In this document: piece by piece, positions 9,344-18,438 of the stretch
Position numbering within the stretch: the stretch's first letter is position 1
How the letters are laid out: every line of letters begins with the position of its first letter
NCBI GenBank assembly: GCA_018266105.1
Contig: JAFEBA010000001.1
Span: 71,594 to 135,593 of the forward strand
Source of the DNA: a bacterium
Lineage (GTDB): Bacteria > Vulcanimicrobiota > Xenobia > Xenobiales > JADMJV01
Length of the DNA: 64,000 nucleotides
Direction: 5' to 3'
Made by a program: the position numbers and the translations under genes
The notes under the pieces: generated by a model
What the model saw: the letters and a program-made list of their open reading frames with translations, nothing else
Told to the model about the DNA's origin: nothing
Databases searched by the model: none

Positions 9344-9440
9344 CAGAATATTCCAACTGGACAAGCTCGCTTCTTCGCTGTTCAGCGCACTCAACCCGCT
9401 ACCAGGGAGGATGCCAAGGGGGGGTAGCCAAGGCTTGAGT

Positions 9441-10076
9441 ATGGCATTGAAAACCCTGGAAGAGTTGACCGCCCGCCGAACGGCTTGGGGCAAGGTGCGC
9501 ACCTGGATTCAGCAAGCCGGCAAGCGTGTCCAGGTTTTGCCGGCTGATAATCAGTCCAGCGCCGCCACTCTTCTAGCTCTGCAAATCAGCACGGCGACAC
9601 CACTCGGAGCTCTGGCTGATCAGACTGGTGGGTTGCTGGTGGATTCTGGCTGGCTACGAATTCTGGGCAGCGGACACGAACGGATGCCCTGGGGTCTGGC
9701 CGAGTGGAACGGCCTGCAGGCCGACCACCAGCCCGTGCCTGACAAGTTGATTCTGGCTCATGATGTGCTGGGCGGTTTTTTTGCTCGCGAACACAACAAG
9801 AAGATCAGCTACTTTTCGCCTGATTCGCTTCGCTGGGAGAATACTCAGCTAGGCTACAGTGACTGGTTGGCCTGGGCTCTGTCCGAGGACATGGGAGACT
9901 TTTACGAGCACTTCCGCTGGCGCGGTTGGGCCAAAGAGGTGTCCGCCCTGGAGCCGCAGCAAGGTCTGCTGGTCCAGCCTTATCTTTGGGAGAAGGGTCC
10001 GGTTCTGGCTCGCCGCAAACGAATCCCCATTCCGATTGTTGAGCTGTGGGGCCGCTATCAGGATTCCTCTGTTTAG
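9441..10076 (+). CDS. DUF2625-like protein
   Basis: MALKTLEEL...VQVLPAD...TGGLLVDSGWLRILGSGHERMP pattern recalled from the DUF2625 family. Start assigned to the internal ATG at 9441. Confidence 0.5.
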   Translation: MALKTLEELTARRTAWGKVRTWIQQAGKRVQVLPADNQSSAATLLALQISTATPLGALADQTGGLLVDSGWLRILGSGHERMPWGLAEWNGLQADHQPVPDKLILAHDVLGGFFAREHNKKISYFSPDSLRWENTQLGYSDWLAWALSEDMGDFYEHFRWRGWAKEVSALEPQQGLLVQPYLWEKGPVLARRKRIPIPIVELWGRYQDSSV

Positions 10077-10188
10077 TCAGCCTTGATGAGCTGCTGACGT
10101 GCAGCGCTGAACGGGCGTCGTTGCAGTGTCTGGTCCTTTGAAGCAAATGACGCGAAATCGAGCGTGTGAGGCTGATTGTCAAGAACTC

Positions 10189-11046
10189 CTAGGGTCCTGG
10201 CCGCTTCTTTTCTTCCATTTCTTCCAAGGTCTTGGGCCAGTCTGATTTCAGGAGTCTGGATAGGGAGCGGTCGGCCAGCAGCTTGCCTCCTGTCTGGCAT
10301 ATGGCGCAATAGTTCGTCTCGTTCTCAGCATACCGGATACGCTGAATAGGGTTTCCGCATTGGGGGCAGGGCTGCTGATATTTGCCGTGGGCTGCCATGT
10401 TGGCGTGAAAGGCTGTTACGGTGGTTGGGAACTTTTCGCCCCACTCAGCTTGCAGGGCGTCGCGCCAGCCGGACAACTGCTCGCGGATCGTTTCGAAGAG
10501 CCGCTGGCTCTCCTCGGGGGAGAGTTGAGTGGTCAGGCGCACCGGCGAGAGCCGCGCGCGCAGTAAGATTTCGTCACTGTAGGCATTGCCGATGCCGGAA
10601 AAGATGGTCGGGTCGGTCAGGGCCCGCTTGAGAGTGTGTCGCCTGGAGGCCAGCAGAGCCCGGAATTGCTCCAGTGAGGCCGAGAAGATTTCCACACCTC
10701 CCGGGTCGTGTTCGGCCAGAGCGGTCTCGCCGCGCACCAGGTGGATCTTGGCTCGGCGTTTGGTTCCGGCTTCACTCAGGCCCAACCAGCCGCTTTCAAA
10801 TTTCCAGCAAATCAGGCAGCCGCCCGGCATCTTGCTTTCGTTCCAGCGGAACCGTCCTGCGATCATCAGGTGGATGATAAGAAAGAGGTCCGGGGGGAAT
10901 CCGAGCACAATGCGCTTCCCGAGTCGGCGCAGTTCCGTGACTTCGCGGCCGACCAGTTCGGACAGGGGTGGCTCGACAGTGCGCAGTACGAAGGGATCTT
11001 TGCGCTGGACTTGGAGCAGCTTTCGACCCTGCAAGCGGGGTCGCAA
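10189..11046 (-). CDS. fpg: Formamidopyrimidine-DNA glycosylase (Fpg/Nei family); true start uncertain, probably near 11085
   Basis: C-terminal zinc finger CPQCGNPIQRIRYAENETNYCAICQ. The upstream in-frame sequence IPEYPDIELYLSAL resembles the Fpg N-terminus PELPEVE, but no ATG, GTG or TTG codon precedes it. Confidence 0.75.
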   Translation of the reverse strand: MRPRLQGRKLLQVQRKDPFVLRTVEPPLSELVGREVTELRRLGKRIVLGFPPDLFLIIHLMIAGRFRWNESKMPGGCLICWKFESGWLGLSEAGTKRRAKIHLVRGETALAEHDPGGVEIFSASLEQFRALLASRRHTLKRALTDPTIFSGIGNAYSDEILLRARLSPVRLTTQLSPEESQRLFETIREQLSGWRDALQAEWGEKFPTTVTAFHANMAAHGKYQQPCPQCGNPIQRIRYAENETNYCAICQTGGKLLADRSLSRLLKSDWPKTLEEMEEKKRPGP

Positions 11047-11077
11047 GGCGCTCAGGTAGAGTTCGATATCAGGATAT

Positions 11078-12010
11078 TCAGGGATTGGCGGCCTGCTGGT
11101 TCTGAGTCCATAGGCTCAGGCGGTGGGCCCCCAGGTAGCGGCTCTTAAAGTAGTGGTCGTCCAGGCTGGCCTTGATCACGCCCCGCGAGGAAGAGGCATG
11201 CAGGAAGTCCTGGCCGCCCAGTGAGATGCCGACGTGGGATGGTCCCGGCAAATAGGTGGTGAAAAAGACCAGATCCCCCGGTTGGGGCTGGTCGATGGGG
11301 CTGGTCTGTTGAAATTGCTCGTCGGCCAGGCGGGGTAGCGCGTGGCCTGAGAGGCGAAAGACCTCCTGAACGAAGCCCGAGCAATCCACGCCATTGGGCG
11401 ACATACCGCCCCAGACGTAAGGAGCGCCCACGAATTTTTGGGCCAGTTCGACCACCTGTCCGGGCGCCAGGGGCGTGGAGGAGGGGATGAGCATGGTGGC
11501 TCGTGGAGCCCAGCCTTTACGTCCGTCGGGCAAGGTTACTTGCTGCCAGTCACCGGAAGGGGTCGGATCGGGCTGAGGCTGAGCTTGAGGCTGAACCGTT
11601 GGGGTGGCTGTCTGGGCGGAGAGGTTTTGGGTCGTTGTGCAGCAGGCCAGCGGGACGTTCAGGCTCTGGCCGACCTCCAGGCGGTCCAGATCGACTCCCG
11701 GGTTGAGTGCGGCCAGCATCTCCAAGCTGTATCCACCCTTTTGCGCGATGCTACTGGCGCGATCGCCCGCTACGACCAGTTGCTGAGGCCAGCCACCGAG
11801 CGGGGCCGGAAGCGCGATCAGCGTGCCGACTTCCAGGTGGCGTACGTCCAGGCCCGGGTTTGCGGCCATGACATCTGCCAGGGGTAAACCATAGAGACGG
11901 GCCACGGCCGCCACGGTCTGGCCTCGCTGCAGGCGGTGGGAGCACATAGGCTGGTCAGCCGCGCGAGCCATCAGTTGCAGGCAGAGTACCAGGGGCAGTA
12001 GTTTTCGCAT
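11078..12010 (-). CDS. Secreted LysM-LysM-NlpC/P60 peptidoglycan hydrolase
   Basis: Signal peptide, then two LysM-like segments (GQTVAAVARLYGL, GDRASSIAQKGGYSLEML). C-terminal NlpC/P60 with catalytic Cys in GVDCSGFVQ and His in GPSHVGISLG. Confidence 0.8.
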   Translation of the reverse strand: MRKLLPLVLCLQLMARAADQPMCSHRLQRGQTVAAVARLYGLPLADVMAANPGLDVRHLEVGTLIALPAPLGGWPQQLVVAGDRASSIAQKGGYSLEMLAALNPGVDLDRLEVGQSLNVPLACCTTTQNLSAQTATPTVQPQAQPQPDPTPSGDWQQVTLPDGRKGWAPRATMLIPSSTPLAPGQVVELAQKFVGAPYVWGGMSPNGVDCSGFVQEVFRLSGHALPRLADEQFQQTSPIDQPQPGDLVFFTTYLPGPSHVGISLGGQDFLHASSSRGVIKASLDDHYFKSRYLGAHRLSLWTQNQQAANP

Positions 12011-12156
12011 CTCGGGTTTTCTACTCTCAGGCAGTCGGCATTCCTCGAAGCGGGGTAAAAAAATTCAACTCAAAACTGAAGTTTGAAGCAATTCTTGAAG
12101 GGTAGCAGCCCGGCTGTGCCAAACCAGGGTCACGGTGGGAGAAAGGATGTCCATGT

Positions 12157-13107
12157 ATGACTGAGGGTGGAGCCGTAGAAAGTAAAGAGTTTCGCGTCGG
12201 CGATAAGGTTGCGGAGCGCTTTGCCATCGAAGAGGTGATGCCACCCCTGGGGAAGTATCCGCATTACCGCGCCTCGGACCCCGAAGGGAACAAAGTTGTC
12301 CTCTCCCAGATCGGACGGCCAACCAAAGAGAGCGAGCCCGACAAGGTCAAACGCGGCCTGGAGCGCGCCACGCGAGCTCTTTCTTGGATTCGCCACCCTG
12401 GTTTCGTGATTCCCAAAGAGTTTGTCGTTCACGATGGTCTCCTTTTTTCGATTTTTCCTGAAGCCAAGGGCACTCCGCTGGATGTCTACATCAAAGAGCA
12501 GCAGCCGCCCATCCAAAAAATATTGCACTGGACCATCGATATCTCCGAGATGTTGGACCAGATCCACGAGGCCCGTCAGCCCCAGTTCGTAGGCAACCTG
12601 CCCGTTCGCAACGTGCTGGTCAGCGCCGACGGGGAGGTTCAGTTGCTGGGGTTCGACCTGAATCCCGACCTCAAGCTTGAGTTTATCCCTGTGGATGATA
12701 GTGCTCCCAAAGTTCCCGACCAGAAGTTCGACGCCCGAACTGACTGCTGGGTTCTAGGGAAGCTGATTCAGCAAATGGTCGAAGCCGGTGGCGAAGATAC
12801 TCGCAAGGCTTACCGCGAGGAGCAAAAAGTGCGTGCTCTGGTTCAGACCATGACCTCAGATGACCCAGAGAAGCGTATTGCCAACATGTCTACGCTCAAG
12901 AGTCGTTTGGAGTTGCTCACTCGCAAGGAAAAGAAAGTGGACGAGGCCAGCCTCCTGACCGCGCCCATCACGGTCTTGACCGTTGAGGAAGAAGACAAAT
13001 TCAAGGAAATCAAACAAAGAATCAAGTACCTGATCGGGGGCGTCGTTCTTTTGTTTCTCTTTATAGCCCTGGTCGGACAATCTATGAATCCGGATGGTGG
13101 CTGGTGA
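12157..13107 (+). CDS. Membrane-anchored pseudokinase (degenerate Ser/Thr kinase fold)
   Basis: Kinase subdomains are recognisable but catalytic positions are substituted. HRDLKPxN becomes VGNLPVRN, DFG becomes GFD, and no Gly-rich loop is present. DxWxxG is retained as TDCWVLG. A C-terminal transmembrane helix GGVVLLFLFIALVG follows. Confidence 0.55.
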   Translation: MTEGGAVESKEFRVGDKVAERFAIEEVMPPLGKYPHYRASDPEGNKVVLSQIGRPTKESEPDKVKRGLERATRALSWIRHPGFVIPKEFVVHDGLLFSIFPEAKGTPLDVYIKEQQPPIQKILHWTIDISEMLDQIHEARQPQFVGNLPVRNVLVSADGEVQLLGFDLNPDLKLEFIPVDDSAPKVPDQKFDARTDCWVLGKLIQQMVEAGGEDTRKAYREEQKVRALVQTMTSDDPEKRIANMSTLKSRLELLTRKEKKVDEASLLTAPITVLTVEEEDKFKEIKQRIKYLIGGVVLLFLFIALVGQSMNPDGGW

Positions 13108-13487
13108 AGCGCTTACTCTTTCTCTTGCTTTTACTTTGTTGTCCGTTGATGCTCTTTGCTCAGGAAGGCAACGAGTATGTCGAAGTCGAGATCAACGAAT
13201 CTCAGCCCAAAGGCGTGCTGGTGCGCCCGGGGGGTAAGAAGGACGTGATTCGGCTCTATGGTCGGGGTTTTGAATTGGTCAAGAAGGCCGAGATTTTCCA
13301 TGGGAACCAGCCCTATAAGCCGGTGAGTGCTAAGTTTCGCGTGGTTGCGCACGGGATGGCGGATCTGGAAGTGACTGCCGCTGCGGACGCTCAACCGGGT
13401 GAAGACTATCAGTTAGTCCTGTTTACGCCCAAGGCGTCTTACCCGGCCGAGTACCTTTCTGTGGAAGTACGCGATCCCAACGAATAG
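13104..13487 (+). CDS. Small secreted protein (127 aa) with a signal peptide
   Basis: MKRLLFLLLLLCCPLMLFAQEG. The ATG overlaps the pseudokinase stop (ATGA). Confidence 0.5.
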   Translation: MKRLLFLLLLLCCPLMLFAQEGNEYVEVEINESQPKGVLVRPGGKKDVIRLYGRGFELVKKAEIFHGNQPYKPVSAKFRVVAHGMADLEVTAAADAQPGEDYQLVLFTPKASYPAEYLSVEVRDPNE

Positions 13488-13524
13488 ATCAGAAAAGATT
13501 GATTTTTTGGGAACTGATAGGGGA

Positions 13525-13555
13525 TTGACAATGATTCCGAAAGGGTCATTGTCAA
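13525..13555. promoter_or_regulatory. Perfect 10-bp inverted repeat (TTGACAATGA-N11-TCATTGTCAA) upstream of moxR; includes a TTGACA -35-like hexamer
   Basis: Read directly from the sequence. It lies 22 nt upstream of the moxR GTG start (13577) and its AGGAG ribosome-binding site. Confidence 0.45.
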
Positions 13556-13576
13556 GTTCATTTCAGGAGCCAATCG

Positions 13577-14566
13577 GTGAGTCAGGATCTAGCCAGCCTT
13601 AAAGAAGAAATCGAGCAGCAAAGTGGTCTGCTGCGCAGACTGCAAAGCGAAATCGGACAGGTCATCGTCGGTCAGCAAGACGTGATCGAAAAGATCTTGG
13701 TGGGTCTGCTGGCCTCGGGACATATCCTCTTAGAAGGCCTCCCTGGACTGGCCAAGACTCTGACCTTCCGAACCCTGGCCAGTTCGATTCAGGCCAGCTT
13801 TCAGCGCATTCAGTTTACTCCGGACCTGCTCCCGGCCGACCTGATCGGCACTCATATTTTTAATCCACAGACGGCTGAGTTCAGCGTGAAGAAAGGTCCG
13901 CTGTTTGCGAATCTGATCCTGGCGGACGAGATTAACCGCGCCCCCGCCAAGGTTCAGTCGGCCTTGCTCGAAGCGATGCAGGAGCGCCAGGTCACGATCG
14001 GGGAGCAGTCGCACCCGTTGCCGAGTCCCTTTCTGGTACTGGCGACTCAGAATCCCATCGAGCAAGAGGGCACTTATCCGCTTCCTGAGGCTCAGGTCGA
14101 CCGCTTCATGTTGAAAGTTCGGGTGGACTATCCCAGTCGCGATGAAGAGTCCCAGATTATTGACCGTATGACTTCGGCTGTTGTGCCCGAGGCCAAACCT
14201 GTCCTGAACACCCAGCAACTGAGCGAGATGAGAGCCCTGTTGCCCAAGATCTACCTTGACCCTCGCGTGAAGAACTACATTCTGGACCTGGTCTTCTCGA
14301 CTCGAGAGCCGGAGAAGTTTCGCCTGCCCCATCTGCGCGGCATGATTGCCTGCGGGGCCTCTCCGCGCGCCAGTTTGTGCCTGGCCCAAGCGGCTCGAGC
14401 CTATGCTTTCTTGCGCGGACGGGCCCACGCCACCCCGGATGACGTCAAGTCGATTGGCTACGATGTGCTGCGTCACCGCGTCCAGCCCAGCTACGAAGCT
14501 GAGGCCGAGGATAAGACTTCTGAGAGCCTGCTCCGTGAAATTTTTGATCGGGTGGAAGTTCCCTGA
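13577..14566 (+). CDS. moxR: MoxR-family AAA+ ATPase
   Basis: VIVGQQDVIEKILVGLLASGHILLEGLPGLAKT Walker A context, length and operon partners (DUF58 and vWA genes) match MoxR. Confidence 0.9.
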   Translation: MSQDLASLKEEIEQQSGLLRRLQSEIGQVIVGQQDVIEKILVGLLASGHILLEGLPGLAKTLTFRTLASSIQASFQRIQFTPDLLPADLIGTHIFNPQTAEFSVKKGPLFANLILADEINRAPAKVQSALLEAMQERQVTIGEQSHPLPSPFLVLATQNPIEQEGTYPLPEAQVDRFMLKVRVDYPSRDEESQIIDRMTSAVVPEAKPVLNTQQLSEMRALLPKIYLDPRVKNYILDLVFSTREPEKFRLPHLRGMIACGASPRASLCLAQAARAYAFLRGRAHATPDDVKSIGYDVLRHRVQPSYEAEAEDKTSESLLREIFDRVEVP

Positions 14567-15498
14567 TGTTTTCCTGGCTGCGTCCCGCGCCGCCAGCGCC
14601 TCCTCCGGAACCACCACCACCAGGTAAACGGTTGCGCCGCCTGGAGGTGGTTGCCACTCGCATGGTTCAGGAAGTTTTCGCCGGGCAGTATGAGAGCCTG
14701 TTTAAGGGTCAGGGCGTTGAGTTTTCCGAGATTCGCGAATATCTTCCGGGCGACGATGTTCGTAGTTTGGACTGGAACGTCACCGCTCGCCTGGGTCGGC
14801 CTTTCATCAAACGCAACGACGAAGAGCGAGAGCTCTCGATGGTGGTGGTGATCGACTCCTCCGCCTCCATGGATTTCTCGAGTCAGGGCCGTAGCAAGCG
14901 CGAGGTGGCCGCCGAGCTGGCGGCCATGCTGGCTTTCTCGGCACTTCAGAATGGAGACAAAGTCGGCCTGGTGCGGTTTTGCAAGGACGTAGAGCACGTG
15001 TTGCCGCCCCGGAAGGGTCGGCGCCACCTGATGCGCATTCTCGGCGAGGTGCTGGCGGCTCCGGCTCAGCCGGACGATTCCCGCCTGGACAGGGTCCTGG
15101 ACGGCTTGAATCAGATGTTTAAGCGGCGGGCCCTGGTCTTTGTTATGTCCGATTTGATGTGCCCGGATTTCTCTAAGGCCCTGGCTCGCGCACAGAAACG
15201 CCACGATCTCTCGTTGTTCCGTATTGTGGACCCCTGGGAGAAGTCGCTGCCCGACCTGGGTCGGGTGCGCGTGCGCGACCTCGAGTCGGGCGAGACCGCT
15301 CGTATAGATACCTCTCGGGCCGACTTCCGCAAGGCGTATGTCGACCGCCAGCAGCACAACTGGCTCAAGATCAAGCAGCAACTGGATGCTCAGCAAATCG
15401 ACTGGGCCGAATTCTCTACGCACGAACCCGTGGATAAGCCGCTCACCCGCTTTTTCCAGCAAAAGAAACGCCGTCGAGTGCGCCGGGGGCGTTCGTGA
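14566..15498 (+). CDS. DUF58 protein (vWA-like MoxR partner)
   Basis: GQGVEFSEIREYLPGDDVRSLDWNVTAR and VVVIDSSASM motifs. The ATG overlaps the moxR stop. Confidence 0.85.
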   Translation: MFSWLRPAPPAPPPEPPPPGKRLRRLEVVATRMVQEVFAGQYESLFKGQGVEFSEIREYLPGDDVRSLDWNVTARLGRPFIKRNDEERELSMVVVIDSSASMDFSSQGRSKREVAAELAAMLAFSALQNGDKVGLVRFCKDVEHVLPPRKGRRHLMRILGEVLAAPAQPDDSRLDRVLDGLNQMFKRRALVFVMSDLMCPDFSKALARAQKRHDLSLFRIVDPWEKSLPDLGRVRVRDLESGETARIDTSRADFRKAYVDRQQHNWLKIKQQLDAQQIDWAEFSTHEPVDKPLTRFFQQKKRRRVRRGRS

Positions 15499-16466
15499 AA
15501 AAATGGCTGGTCATCGGTCTGTTGGTCTGGCCGGCCTGGGCTCAGACGCCCTCTCCCACGCCCAAAGGACCGCCCATCCCGGTTGAGGCCAGCCTGACTC
15601 AGGAGCCTTTCAAAATCACGGTCAAGGCCGACAAAGACCATTTTGAAATGGGTCAATCCGTGCATCTGGTCTACCAGATTCAAGGACCGGAAAATGCCCA
15701 GTTTGCTTTTCCGGAAGCTGAGAAGTTCGAGATCAAACCCTTTGAGGTGCGGGACGCCAACCCCGTCACACTGACCGGAATCCAGGGACAGCGCAACTGG
15801 GAATATCGGGTCAAGGCGACCTCCTATGAGACCGGGCATTTAAAACTGCCCGAGGCGACCTTGAGTGTTAAGCTTAAGAGTGATGGTGCATCGCAGGACC
15901 TCAAGTTGCCGGGTCTCTTTCTGGATGTGGATCGGGTGCCGTTGGCCAAGCAGGACAAGCCAGATGAGGTGCGCGACGCCCATAATCTGGCTCTAAACGG
16001 GATTCCTCTGGTGGTGGTCCTGGCGGTTTTGTTGGGGGCTATCCTGGTGGCCTTGATTTGTTGGTGGTTGGTTCGCTGGTGGCGGCGCCCCCGCCGGGTC
16101 CAGGCTCCCCCGGCCCTGCCCCCTTATCCGTGGGCGTTGAAGCAGCTAGCGGATCTGAACGCCCAGCGCCCCGATCAAAAAGGCCAGTGGGAAGCTTTCT
16201 ATGACCAGCTCTCTCACATACTGCGTTTCTATTTGGGCTGGCGCTTCAAGATGTCTTTATTGGAGCAGACCACCAGTGAAACCATGCGTCACCTGACCCT
16301 TCCCGACGCTTCCCACCGGCAGCTCAAGGAGTTACTGGAAACCGCCGACATGGTCAAGTTTGCTCGCTCTTACCCCAGCCTGGAGAAGTCGAGCGAGCAC
16401 CTGAGCTGGGCTCAGATGCTGGTGGAAGGCAACGCCCCTGCAGAAGTGGAGGTTGCTAAGGTATGA
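15495..16466 (+). CDS. DUF4381-like membrane protein of the Bat operon
   Basis: Signal peptide plus a central transmembrane helix. Its position between DUF58 and BatA matches the conserved DUF4381 slot. The GTG start overlaps the upstream stop (GTGA). Confidence 0.55.
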   Translation: MKKWLVIGLLVWPAWAQTPSPTPKGPPIPVEASLTQEPFKITVKADKDHFEMGQSVHLVYQIQGPENAQFAFPEAEKFEIKPFEVRDANPVTLTGIQGQRNWEYRVKATSYETGHLKLPEATLSVKLKSDGASQDLKLPGLFLDVDRVPLAKQDKPDEVRDAHNLALNGIPLVVVLAVLLGAILVALICWWLVRWWRRPRRVQAPPALPPYPWALKQLADLNAQRPDQKGQWEAFYDQLSHILRFYLGWRFKMSLLEQTTSETMRHLTLPDASHRQLKELLETADMVKFARSYPSLEKSSEHLSWAQMLVEGNAPAEVEVAKV

Positions 16467-17467
16467 CTCGGGAGTTCTTGCACTGGGCCTATCCTCAGGT
16501 CGGCATCCTTGCGGTTCTTTTGCTGCTGGCACTCTGGCCTAACTGGCTACGCGCTCGTCGTCGGCGTCCGAGCCTGGACTGGCCCAGTCTGGCGCTGGTG
16601 AAGGGTCTGCCCAGGGTGGCTGTGCATTCCGAGGGTCGCCGCCCCTGGACCTGGTTGCTCACTGCGGTTTTGCTGGGCCTGGTGGCCCTGGCCCGCCCCC
16701 AGATGGGGCTGGAGACTCGAGTTCAGACTTCCCAGGGCATCGACATCGTCTTGTGTCTGGACACCTCCACCAGCATGGAGGCCATGGATTTGCTCCCCAA
16801 TCGCCTGGCGGCGGCCGTGGCGGTGAGTAAGAAATTCGTGGAAGGCCGCAGCAATGACCGCATCGGTCTGGTCTGTTTTGGAGGCACGGCTCTGACCCAG
16901 TGCCCCCTGACCGGTGACCATCAGACTTTAATGACTTATCTGGACCAGATTGAACCGGGACAGACCGGGGTGGACGGTACGGCCATTGGAACCGGGATTG
17001 CGACTTCGGTCAACCGATTGAAGAAGGCCAATGGAAAGAGCAAAGTGATTATTCTGCTCACCGACGGTCGCAATAACGGCGGAGAAATCGACCCGCTGGC
17101 GGCGGCCGACCTGGCCAAGAAGCTGGGAGTGCGCATCTATACCATCGGCGCCGCCACGCTGGGCCAGGCCCCGGTTCGAGTTCACGATCCCCTTGGCTTT
17201 GACCGTCAGGTGATGATCCGCGTGGATCTGGACGAAGACAGCCTGCGCGAGATCGCCTTGCGCACCGGCGGACAGTTCTTTCGGGCCACCGACGCTGACA
17301 GTCTGGCCTCTATTTTCAATCAGATCGACCGCCTGGAAAAGAACGACGCTCCCGCCCGGGCTCAGGTGGAATACCGCGAGTTGTTCGACTGGCCCTTGCT
17401 GGTTGCCATCCTCTGTTTGATGCTGTTTCTCTGGGAAGAACACGGACCACGAAGGGAGAGACCTTAG
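16463..17467 (+). CDS. batA: vWA-domain protein BatA
   Basis: N-terminal transmembrane helices followed by a vWA MIDAS motif DIVLCLDTSTSM. Confidence 0.8.
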   Translation: MTREFLHWAYPQVGILAVLLLLALWPNWLRARRRRPSLDWPSLALVKGLPRVAVHSEGRRPWTWLLTAVLLGLVALARPQMGLETRVQTSQGIDIVLCLDTSTSMEAMDLLPNRLAAAVAVSKKFVEGRSNDRIGLVCFGGTALTQCPLTGDHQTLMTYLDQIEPGQTGVDGTAIGTGIATSVNRLKKANGKSKVIILLTDGRNNGGEIDPLAAADLAKKLGVRIYTIGAATLGQAPVRVHDPLGFDRQVMIRVDLDEDSLREIALRTGGQFFRATDADSLASIFNQIDRLEKNDAPARAQVEYRELFDWPLLVAILCLMLFLWEEHGPRRERP

Positions 17468-18438
17468 TGTTCCTCCATCCCTACCGCTTACTGTTGCTCC
17501 TCCCCGCGTTTTTGCTGGGAGTGTTCTGGCTTCGCCACTACGCGGTCCCGGCCGGAGTCTCGGCTGACGTCTGGAAACGTCTGGGACGCGAATCAAGGCC
17601 GGGCCGGGAACGCACTGTGGCCTTCCTGCGCTGGGCGGCCTTGCTGTGCTGGCTGATCGCCTGGGCCGGTCCGCGCTGGGGTATGGAACGCATTCGGGTG
17701 GAGCGCACCTCGTATGACATCGTCTTTGCGGTGGACTGCTCGCGAAGCATGCTGGCTGAAGACCTGCCTCCTTCCCGGAAACTGGCGGCGCGACAAGAAC
17801 TGGCCGACCTGATTCACCGTCTGGAAGGAAATCGCTTCGGTCTGGTTGGATTCGCCGAGGACGCTTTTGTTTTCTGTCCGCTCACCCGTGACAGTGGGGC
17901 CGCCACGCTCTTTTTGGACCAGCTGCAAGAGAACTCATTTCCCCGTCAAGGCACCAACTTGAGCAAGGCCCTCCAGGCCGCGGCCGGATTGTTCCCGGGC
18001 AAGTCCTCTCAGGGTGCGCGCCTGATCGTGTTGCTTTCGGACGGCGAGGATCGGCACACCAAACCGGTCGAGGTGGCCCGGCAACTGGCCAGCACGGGAA
18101 TCGTGGTTTATACGGTGGCTCTGGGCAGTCCACAGGGGGCCCCAATTCCCCTGGAGGACGGTGGCAATCTCAAGGACAGCAAGGGTGAGACTGTCATGAC
18201 CAGGGCTGACGACAAGACTTTGACTGAAATCGCCTTGACGACCCACGGTAAGGCCTTCCGTCTGGCCAGTGCCACCGACCACCTGGACGGCCTGGTGCAG
18301 TCCATCCAGGAGCAGGACCGCCGCCGGGTGGAGCAAGAGTTGAGCAGTCGCCAGCGCCACCAGTATGCCTGGTTCCTGGTGTTGGGGTTGATTTTTCTAG
18401 CCCTGGCCCAGTTGCTGCTGCCGAGGGTAAAAGGATGA
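17467..18438 (+). CDS. batB: vWA-domain protein BatB
   Basis: vWA MIDAS motif DIVFAVDCSRSM. C-terminal transmembrane helix. Confidence 0.8.
   Translation: MFLHPYRLLLLLPAFLLGVFWLRHYAVPAGVSADVWKRLGRESRPGRERTVAFLRWAALLCWLIAWAGPRWGMERIRVERTSYDIVFAVDCSRSMLAEDLPPSRKLAARQELADLIHRLEGNRFGLVGFAEDAFVFCPLTRDSGAATLFLDQLQENSFPRQGTNLSKALQAAAGLFPGKSSQGARLIVLLSDGEDRHTKPVEVARQLASTGIVVYTVALGSPQGAPIPLEDGGNLKDSKGETVMTRADDKTLTEIALTTHGKAFRLASATDHLDGLVQSIQEQDRRRVEQELSSRQRHQYAWFLVLGLIFLALAQLLLPRVKG

Noticed and set aside
9186-9440. Upstream extension of the DUF2625-like ORF into the divergent membrane-protein gene
   Set aside because: The extension is antisense to a hydrophobic-helix coding region. The ATG at 9441 begins the conserved MALKTLEEL-type N-terminus.
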